A stretch of 64,000 nucleotides of DNA from a virus (Duplodnaviria > Heunggongvirae > Uroviricota > Caudoviricetes): positions 27,410 through 91,409 of the IMG/VR virus record IMGVR_UViG_3300023174_000088. One strand, written 5' to 3'. Below the pieces are notes generated by a model that was not told where the DNA came from, made no database searches, and saw only the letters and a program-made list of their open reading frames with translations. Below are positions 56,765 to 64,000 of the stretch, in pieces. Numbering within the stretch: position 1 is the first letter of the stretch; every line of letters begins with the position of its first letter. The position numbers were made by a program, and so were the translations under genes.

Positions 56765-59700
56765 ATGAAGGCTGAAATCTTAAAAATCGCTGGTGTTAAG
56801 TCTGAGAAGGAGTTCTACAAAAAGTTCCCTACAGAGGAAGCATTTATGAAAGCGCACAGTAAAGACTTTAAAAAAGCCAAGCTTGGAAAAGCTATGCCCA
56901 ATGCACAGTATGGATGTAAGGGAAACAGCTGTACACAAACAGGAGAAGGTATTCAGAAAGTTGGCAGTAGACTTGGCCTTGATAATAGCAGTAGTGCTAG
57001 TGGTGTTGACCCAAGTTTTGTAGACTATAAAGCTCTTAACGCACCTCTTTCGTGGGAAGAACTTCAAAAATTTAATGATGTAAATCCAAAAAGCAAAGAG
57101 TTCAAAACTTACTTCAAGGACCTTAAGAGTAGATATCCTGATTTGACAGTAGAGCAACTTCTTGCTGCTGGTGGAGACTCTGCCAGAATCAATCTAAGAA
57201 AGCAAAACTTGGAAAGATATGACCAGCCTTCAGAACAGACATTTGATAAGGCCTATCATCCGTTCTACAGAAACTTAATGAACCAGCCTCAGAGAGTGAC
57301 TATTCCACAAGTTCTTGATGTACAACCAGGTGGATATTCTGGATTTGAACAGAATGTAAAAAGTAATTATGGCAAGAAGAAAGGAAAAGAAGGAACACAG
57401 GTTAAGAAACTGAAACAGCTTACAAGTTTTGAAGAAGATATTGACGGGATGATCCCCGAAGCACAAGTTGGCTTAACGATGCCTCAGCCCACTAATATTA
57501 TGACAAATGTCGATCCATTCTGGGCACAGTCTCAGTTTGGTGGTGGAGTTGCTCAGGCAGGAATGCCTGCAGGAATGGTGAATCCCACCCCACCTCCTCC
57601 AATGTATGATGTTAATCAAACAGGGACATTTGCTCAACAAGTGGGAGCTTCTGCCAATGCTATTAATCCTAATAAATCTGGCGGTTTTGATTTTCTTGGA
57701 AAGATGGGTGGGGCTGCAGGATTGGCCAATCTTGCTACAGATGTTATCAGTGGGGTGAGGAGGAGTCAGGCAGAAAAAGAAGAAGACAAAAGATGGCAAC
57801 AAGCCAATCGTGTTTCGGATGTTCAGATGTTGGCCTCTCAAACAAGACCCGAACCTATTAAGCGTAAATACGCAAGACCAGAGGATGTGGCTATTCAGCC
57901 AGAACAACTGTTCCCTACATATGGTGTAGGAACAAATGTCCTTGCTCAAGATGGTGCACAGATAGGAGGTAATCCTACAGAAATTCAAAACATGTACAAT
58001 CCTGGAGATCTTTATTCCGATCTTGGATTTGAACCTCTCAATGACAGCAGCCAAGTGAAACAATATTATGGAGGAGGATATGTCCCACAGGCTCAGATGG
58101 GACAGAGCATTCTTCAAAATGTAGGAGGATTTGCCCAACAGATGGGAAATCAATATGGAAATTCTTTTGGTAACTCCTTCAAGCAATTTGCAGGTAGTGC
58201 TGCTGGTACAAACTTTTCAAACACCCTTCTATCATCAATGCGTGGTGGTCAGTCTGGAGGTGGTATGGTTGGAGGTGCTGTTGGTAAAGCTGCTGGTACA
58301 CTAATAGGAGGCCCCATTGGTGGATTTGTTGGTAATCTTGCTGGAAATCTCATAGGGGGAGCTTTTGATAATAGCCAAGAAAGAATCCTAGCAAATCAAA
58401 AAAGAGTGGAGAAGAACCTAGGCATCATGACAGGACAAGATTTTGCAAACACTCTGCAGTCTCAAAATCGTTCATTCATGGAACATGGTGGATGGGTGAG
58501 TCATGATTGGCAGCCTCAGGTGATTGCAAAATTTGGAGAACATCGCATGAGCGACCTACTCAGACCAGACCCCACAATGGACACTCTCAGATCAGGCGGT
58601 CATATTAGGCAGAACAATATGTCCCCTATGGATCAATACGGATTTGGTGGAGAGCTCCAAACTACATGGGGGGGATATGCAGAACCCATCTCTCAAAACC
58701 CCTACCTCCCAGGAACAGGAGAAACTGTAATGTTCAGGGGCAAATCTCATTCAGAAAGAGATGGCAAGGGAAGAACAGGAATCGGAGTTAAATATGGTAA
58801 TGATGGCGACTATTCTCCTTACATGGAATATGGAAAAGACGGTATTGAGGATGTTACAGATGTTGAGGTGGAAAGAGGGGAGCCTGCTCAAGAGATGGTG
58901 GATCCTCAGACAGGAGAAAAGAATATGGTGGTTTTTGGTAATCTCAAGATTCCAAACAAGTTCCTTGGTGAGATAGGAGATCCCAAAGCTAAGGGTAGGA
59001 AGTTCAAGCACTACGTAGCAGGTCTCTCAAAACAAGAGGCAAAACAGAACAAAACCATAGACAAATCCATAGAGCAGCTGATTGATCTAGATCCTCACAC
59101 ATCTATAGATAAGTTGAAATTCTCAGCATTACAGGCAAACATATTTGGAGCAAACATGAAACTCAAAGACATTGCTGACAAGAAAACAAATGCCTCTATA
59201 GTGCAGAACGCTATTAATGAAACAGCAGAAGAATACGGACTTGATGCGGATTCTCTTGCAAAAGGTAAATATAAAATGGACAAGGAACTTATGAGCCAAC
59301 AAGCCAAATTTGGAAAGATGCTGAAGAAATATCAGAATAGTGGTGCCCCAATTTCCCCATCCAATCAAATGACCGATGAGGAGGCATACAACAGGATAGT
59401 TGAAGCTTTTGAAAAGGCAAAAGCACTAAACGATAGAAATCCAGGAAAACCAAATCCTTACATAGTAGAATTCCAAAAACTCTACCATCAGTATTTTCCA
59501 GATGTTGCTAAAGAAATAATTCTCAACGCCAAGGGTGTCACAGCAAAAGCTAAAAGAAAGGGTATTAAATCTATCTCCGATCTTAAGAGGTATTCAGATG
59601 CTGAGATTCTTTCTACAAATGAGGATGAATACTTTGGACCAATAACTGAGCAATACAGGGCAAAATTGAAAAAGCCTACAAAGCCAGCACCTCCAGCAAT

Positions 59701-60559
59701 TCAATCCCAGCCCCTGCCCCCTGCCAAAGAAAAGGAGAAAGCCAAAACAGTACCCCCCGTACCTCCGCTCAAGAGAAATCCCTGGATAGATGCTGCAAAC
59801 ATGGTCATTCCTTATTTGCTCCCAACAGACCAGGAGGCCCTCGATCCCAGACAGCTATACGGAGAAATGTATGCCTTAGGCAACAATCAATTAGAACCTG
59901 TAAGAGCCCAGGGATATCGTCCACAGCTCCTCACACCCTATGACATTTCCCTTCAAGATCAACTGAATGAGGTGACTGCCCAAACAAGACAAGCAGAAAG
60001 ACTCGTAGGATCAGATCCTGCAGCTGTAGCAGCTATGAGCGCACAGGCAAACAGAGCTAAGAGTCAAATACTGGGAGAACAGTTCAGACAGAATCAGGCT
60101 CAGAGAATGGGAGTGTACAACCAAAACATCAACACGCTCAACCAGGCCCAGCTCCAAAACCTTGGAATCTTTGACCAACAGTTTGCAAGACAAGAGCAAG
60201 CTAAGAGCAATACAAAGGCTGTTGCGCAAGCTGCTCTAAATTCAATTTCTGACAAGATTGCCAAGAACAGATTGGAAAACAGGACATTAGGTATTATGGA
60301 AAATATGTATAACTACAGATTTGACAGACGTGGTAGGGCAATCAACATGAACCCTCTTGCTCAATTTGATGTAGCAGTTGGTGGTAGTACAGGCAGGACA
60401 GGAACTGGTGGCATCAATCCTGACTATGAGTTCACATATGATGCTAACGGTCAGATAATTGGCACTAAAAAGAGAGCAAAAGATGACACAGGAAAGAACG
60501 GAAAAAAAGTGGAAAAATCAAGAAATGGCAATATTGTAAAAGCAATTAAAAATTTGTAA
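56765..60559 (+). CDS. Giant virion protein (about 1264 aa from the ATG at 56765) with a Gly-rich glycine-zipper-like segment
   Basis: GGQSGGGMVGGAVGKAAGTLIGGPIGGFVGNLAGNLIGGAF; the track's longer ORF from 56672 overlaps the stop of the upstream gene. Confidence 0.55.
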   Translation: MKAEILKIAGVKSEKEFYKKFPTEEAFMKAHSKDFKKAKLGKAMPNAQYGCKGNSCTQTGEGIQKVGSRLGLDNSSSASGVDPSFVDYKALNAPLSWEELQKFNDVNPKSKEFKTYFKDLKSRYPDLTVEQLLAAGGDSARINLRKQNLERYDQPSEQTFDKAYHPFYRNLMNQPQRVTIPQVLDVQPGGYSGFEQNVKSNYGKKKGKEGTQVKKLKQLTSFEEDIDGMIPEAQVGLTMPQPTNIMTNVDPFWAQSQFGGGVAQAGMPAGMVNPTPPPPMYDVNQTGTFAQQVGASANAINPNKSGGFDFLGKMGGAAGLANLATDVISGVRRSQAEKEEDKRWQQANRVSDVQMLASQTRPEPIKRKYARPEDVAIQPEQLFPTYGVGTNVLAQDGAQIGGNPTEIQNMYNPGDLYSDLGFEPLNDSSQVKQYYGGGYVPQAQMGQSILQNVGGFAQQMGNQYGNSFGNSFKQFAGSAAGTNFSNTLLSSMRGGQSGGGMVGGAVGKAAGTLIGGPIGGFVGNLAGNLIGGAFDNSQERILANQKRVEKNLGIMTGQDFANTLQSQNRSFMEHGGWVSHDWQPQVIAKFGEHRMSDLLRPDPTMDTLRSGGHIRQNNMSPMDQYGFGGELQTTWGGYAEPISQNPYLPGTGETVMFRGKSHSERDGKGRTGIGVKYGNDGDYSPYMEYGKDGIEDVTDVEVERGEPAQEMVDPQTGEKNMVVFGNLKIPNKFLGEIGDPKAKGRKFKHYVAGLSKQEAKQNKTIDKSIEQLIDLDPHTSIDKLKFSALQANIFGANMKLKDIADKKTNASIVQNAINETAEEYGLDADSLAKGKYKMDKELMSQQAKFGKMLKKYQNSGAPISPSNQMTDEEAYNRIVEAFEKAKALNDRNPGKPNPYIVEFQKLYHQYFPDVAKEIILNAKGVTAKAKRKGIKSISDLKRYSDAEILSTNEDEYFGPITEQYRAKLKKPTKPAPPAIQSQPLPPAKEKEKAKTVPPVPPLKRNPWIDAANMVIPYLLPTDQEALDPRQLYGEMYALGNNQLEPVRAQGYRPQLLTPYDISLQDQLNEVTAQTRQAERLVGSDPAAVAAMSAQANRAKSQILGEQFRQNQAQRMGVYNQNINTLNQAQLQNLGIFDQQFARQEQAKSNTKAVAQAALNSISDKIAKNRLENRTLGIMENMYNYRFDRRGRAINMNPLAQFDVAVGGSTGRTGTGGINPDYEFTYDANGQIIGTKKRAKDDTGKNGKKVEKSRNGNIVKAIKNL

Positions 60560-60580
60560 TCTGTTCAGTTATAGTGAATT

Positions 60581-60616
60581 ACCAAGAACCGTTATAGTTC
60601 TTGGTGGTTTTAATAT
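60581..60616 (+). terminator. Terminator after the 1264-aa gene
   Basis: ACCAAGAAC-cgttatag-GTTCTTGGT 9-bp stem followed by GGTTTTAATATTTT. Confidence 0.55.
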
Positions 60617-60644
60617 TTTAAATTAAATTTGATAACTTATTATT

Positions 60645-63302
60645 ATGGCCTCGTTTACAGACCTTCCTCCCCAATTTACCCCCTACACACCACAGCTTCC
60701 TGTTGAGGCTATGGTGCAAGTGGGCATGGCTAAACAAGCCAAGTATGAACAGGGTGTACAAAAAATCCAGGCTCAGATAGACCAAGTGGCTGGGATGGAC
60801 GTATTCAGACCTGTAGATAAGAACTACCTCCAAACCAAACTCAATGAATTGGGAGGTAATTTGACAATGTTCGCTGCTGCAGACTTCTCCAATTTTCAGC
60901 TTGTCAATTCTGTTGGGGGTATGACAAAGCAACTTGTTAGAGATCCAAACATTCAAACTGCTGTGCAATCTACAGCTTGGTATAGGAAACAAAATGAGAT
61001 GATAGCTAAAGCTAAGAAGGAAGGGAAGTCTTCTCCTGAAAATGAGTGGTGGTATGGACTAGATGTAAAAACTTGGCTAGATGACCCGAATGCAGGCGCT
61101 AATTTCAGCTCAAGCTTTATCGAGTATAGAGATGTAGATAAAAAACTCAGGGAATTAGCTAGCAAGATAAAAGATGTAGATCAGTCTGTAGACATTCCTT
61201 TCCAAAGAGATGATGCAGGAAATGTTCTTTATTTCAAAAAAGATCCAAAAACTGGAGCACTTTCTGCTTCTACAGATCCTAATTCTGGAGGAGAAAAAAG
61301 AATAGATGATGCAATGTTAAGAGTTAAGGTGAAAGGTACATCTGCTCAAAAAATCCTTGATAACTTCTATACGTCTCTTGATGAGAATGATAAACAACAG
61401 ATGCTCATCACTGGAAACTACCACTATAGAGCTGCGTCAAAAGACACATTCATCAAAGAAGCAAATGATGTCTACACAAAGAAAACAGAGTTTCTCAAAG
61501 ATTACATAACAGACCTTGCTGTAAAACTTAAAACAAATAATAATCTTTCCGATGAAACTAGGTCTGCTATGGAGGCAGCAATAAATGAAGGAACTAGGAA
61601 ACTAAAGGACGGAGATCTGGAAAAAGAGTTAAATCAAAAGATTTCAGAAATAGATAAGATTTCTGATATGAAGGATTATAAATACAGACTATATACACAG
61701 AAATATCTAACAAATCTTGCATCAGATCTTGCTAATGAAAGTAAGAGTATAGAATATTTGAGTAACCCATACGCTCAAATGAATATGCAGAAGAAACAAC
61801 TTGAGTTTCAAGTTGAAAACTCTAGAAAGCAAGACAGACAATTCTGGGCAAACTACAATATTAATGCTGCAAGGCTGAGGATTGAGAGTCAGAGAAATCA
61901 AAGAGAACAAAAGAAATTTGAACAGGAAGAAAAAGAAAGAATAGCATTGGAGCCTGTTGTAGAACCTGGGGGACTTAGCACTGGAATTAAAGCACCTACA
62001 GTAGCCACGCTTGATGAAACAATAAATAATACCAGAGCTCAACTGAATGATTTGACTACTAAATACAGAAATATTTTATTTCCTAATTTGAGTGGGGAAG
62101 CACAAGAAGCTGCTCTAAATAAACTTATTGATGAATATGCAGCAAATCCAAATAGTATACAAGACCCAGCTCAAAGAAAATATGTAGAATCAGCAAGACA
62201 ATTGCAAAACGATCTTGCAAGAAATAGTAATCTTAGAATAGGAGTTTCTGACATATCTAGTTGGTATGATAGAAAAATGGATGAGGCAATGGTTGGTCAA
62301 CCTGGATATAATGAAAATGGAAGACAGATTTTGAGTGCTCGTGAATTATACCAACTCAGAACCGCTTTTAATGATGCCAGGCAAGTTATAGATTATTTGG
62401 GAGAACCAGGAGCAGCGCCTGCCACTACATTTGACCCTGCTGCTTTCCAAAGAAGTTTACCAGATAACTTGAAGCAGTATGCTCAAGTGTTCATTAAATA
62501 CAATAATGGTTTACCACTCACTGCAACTGAATCAGGAATTGTTCGAGAAGCTTCACGTGTAATGCGAACAACTGCCCCAATTATAGGTGGTTGGCAAAAA
62601 GTAAAAAGTCAAAAAGAAAGTGAATATCTGTCAAGATATATGCCTGAAGTACAGAGTACATATGGTACATTGAATGTTACAGATAAGTTGACAAAATCAG
62701 GAATTGAATACTTAATCGGTAATGCTACAGAAACATACAACCGAATGGGGTCTCTAGATGTCTTGAATAAAGAATCATTCGATCCTGCTACAATTAACAC
62801 ATGGAGACAGAAATATGGAGATGAAAAGCTTGTATTTGTAGCTGAAAAAAAGTTTAACGGTAGTGGCCTACTTAATGTCTATAGTCCAGACAATCAAAAA
62901 CAAAGTATTCCAATGACCACAGCCCAGCTACAAAAATACTTCCCCAAAGTGGCTAGACAAAGTTTCATGACTCCTGTAAAGATTGCAATAATGTCTTCCC
63001 CTGGAAAAACTACAAACTCAATGAATATTGACAATCCTGTAACAGCATATATGAGTGGATATGATATTCCAGGATTGAGCGAAACAGACTGGGCAGGAAA
63101 AGTGAGGCTTGATATAAAAGGAGATCCAGATAATAATGGCGATCAAAATGATGCATTCAGTGTAATCATGTATGCTTTTGACAAGAACAATTGGACAAAA
63201 CCAACATCATTGACATCTCGTTATCTTAATGCTGCTGAGGTGGAAGAGGTTATTTCCAATATCGGAACACAAACGGTTAAAGACGTACTAAGAAAAAAAT
63301 AA
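60645..63302 (+). CDS. Large virion protein (885 aa)
   Basis: ORF; coiled-coil-rich central region. Confidence 0.55.
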   Translation: MASFTDLPPQFTPYTPQLPVEAMVQVGMAKQAKYEQGVQKIQAQIDQVAGMDVFRPVDKNYLQTKLNELGGNLTMFAAADFSNFQLVNSVGGMTKQLVRDPNIQTAVQSTAWYRKQNEMIAKAKKEGKSSPENEWWYGLDVKTWLDDPNAGANFSSSFIEYRDVDKKLRELASKIKDVDQSVDIPFQRDDAGNVLYFKKDPKTGALSASTDPNSGGEKRIDDAMLRVKVKGTSAQKILDNFYTSLDENDKQQMLITGNYHYRAASKDTFIKEANDVYTKKTEFLKDYITDLAVKLKTNNNLSDETRSAMEAAINEGTRKLKDGDLEKELNQKISEIDKISDMKDYKYRLYTQKYLTNLASDLANESKSIEYLSNPYAQMNMQKKQLEFQVENSRKQDRQFWANYNINAARLRIESQRNQREQKKFEQEEKERIALEPVVEPGGLSTGIKAPTVATLDETINNTRAQLNDLTTKYRNILFPNLSGEAQEAALNKLIDEYAANPNSIQDPAQRKYVESARQLQNDLARNSNLRIGVSDISSWYDRKMDEAMVGQPGYNENGRQILSARELYQLRTAFNDARQVIDYLGEPGAAPATTFDPAAFQRSLPDNLKQYAQVFIKYNNGLPLTATESGIVREASRVMRTTAPIIGGWQKVKSQKESEYLSRYMPEVQSTYGTLNVTDKLTKSGIEYLIGNATETYNRMGSLDVLNKESFDPATINTWRQKYGDEKLVFVAEKKFNGSGLLNVYSPDNQKQSIPMTTAQLQKYFPKVARQSFMTPVKIAIMSSPGKTTNSMNIDNPVTAYMSGYDIPGLSETDWAGKVRLDIKGDPDNNGDQNDAFSVIMYAFDKNNWTKPTSLTSRYLNAAEVEEVISNIGTQTVKDVLRKK

Positions 63303-63309
63303 ATTCCAA

Positions 63310-64000
63310 TGGCTATTTTTGAAGGTGAACTGAACACAACGGAACCAACCCCTAAATTAGAAGAAATGGAACTCCCAAAGTATTCTTTGGGCAGTCCTCC
63401 AATTAGGGATGTTGATGTTAGTATAGGTAGTGGGAATTACGGAATTTACGGAGTTCCCTCTCAAACCTTTTCAGGTTTAACCTTGAAGCAGTTGTCTCAA
63501 ATCAGAGTTGCTCCAAAATCAGGATTTGATTCTCCAATGTCAGTGGTTCCAAAATCTGAGTTGTTAGCCAACCAGAGATATGGAACATATGTAAGGGATA
63601 TGGATTTGGAAAATGTCTATTCTCTTACGCAACCTTGGTATAAACAATTAGGAAATGGTATTGCGAAAATGGCAGCAACTGGTGGGGCTACATTTCTACA
63701 ATCTTTCGCAACGCTTCCAAATACAGTGGCAACCTTGAAAAAGGGAGATTTTGCAGAACTTTCTGGAAAGGATGGATATGAAGCTGATCTTGACGTATGG
63801 TTGAAAAACATTGAAGATACCTTCCCAAACTATGTCTCTAGATGGGAAAGAGAAAACCCATACGGAGGAATAATCCCATTCACAAGAGGATCTGCAAACT
63901 TCTGGGGAGACAAGATTATAAAAAACCTAGGATTCACTGTAGGTGCTATTGGCGGAGCCCTTGCTCAAGATGCTATGGTTGGAATTGTTACAGAAGGCAT
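63310..64000 (+). CDS. Partial CDS (MAIFEGELNTTEPTPK...) running off the window end
   Basis: ATG at 63310 with no stop before 64000. Confidence 0.45.

Noticed and set aside
45845-60559. Virion RNA polymerase (DxDGD double-psi beta-barrel motif) among the giant proteins
   Set aside because: No DxDGD motif was found. The nearest is GNDGD in the 1264-aa protein, which is insufficient, so the crAss-like RNA polymerase call is not supported from sequence alone.
1-64000. CRISPR array or other regularly spaced repeat array
   Set aside because: No repeat-spacer periodicity was seen in any non-coding stretch. The only direct repeats are short (ACAGACAG x3, AATTAATTTGGT x2) or lie inside a tail-fibre gene.
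1-64000. Diversity-generating retroelement targeting a tail fibre
   Set aside because: No ORF carries reverse-transcriptase motifs (YxDD). The tail-fibre repeats are in-frame protein repeats, not template-region/variable-region pairs.
25105-64000. Stop-codon reassignment (TAG or TGA recoding) in late genes, as in some crAss-like phages
   Set aside because: All large structural ORFs are uninterrupted under the standard code. The single tRNA is a normal tRNA-Arg(UCU), not a suppressor.

Overview
This window reads as a contiguous stretch of a tailed double-stranded DNA phage genome (about 37% GC, tightly packed genes). The single tRNA-Arg(UCU), short or overlapping gene junctions and Bacteroidota-type TAnnTTTG promoter -7 motifs suggest a Bacteroidota host. 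The layout resembles crAss-like phages (opposed replication and structural arms, a run of giant virion proteins), but I could not confirm a virion RNA polymerase DxDGD motif, so that placement stays tentative.

The window splits into two divergent arms around a non-coding hub at about 24.75-25.10 kb:
- **Minus-strand arm (1-24750):** replication, recombination and early genes: HSP90/GHKL-like ATPase, a divergent uracil-DNA glycosylase, a DnaG-like primase, a putative SSB plus Sak4-like ATPase pair, an SF2 helicase, a DnaB-like helicase, a family B DNA polymerase, a standalone OmpR-type winged-helix protein, a ParB-like nuclease-domain protein, an AAA+ (MoxR-like) ATPase, small lipoproteins, a tRNA, and many small ORFs.
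- **Plus-strand arm (25105 to the window end):** an HU-like protein, small Cys-rich proteins, a candidate small terminase, large terminase, portal, an SPFH/band-7 protein, an acidic scaffold, major capsid protein, tail fibres (one with a tail-collar domain, one with four internal repeats), a metallophosphoesterase-like protein, and giant virion proteins of 1487, 1848, about 1264 and 885 aa.

Observations worth a second look:
- a GC-rich island (24.3-26.1 kb) at the divergent hub, with a cluster of G-runs;
- a D-armless tRNA-like element directly after the major capsid protein terminator;
- a coiled-coil protein plus two small lipoproteins arranged like a spanin cassette;
- a virion giant protein with two HExxH zincin motifs and a near-identical KKKTxGWLDKY motif at both termini;
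- a phage-encoded SPFH protein and an HSP90-like ATPase.

I found no CRISPR array, no reverse transcriptase or DGR, and no stop-codon recoding.
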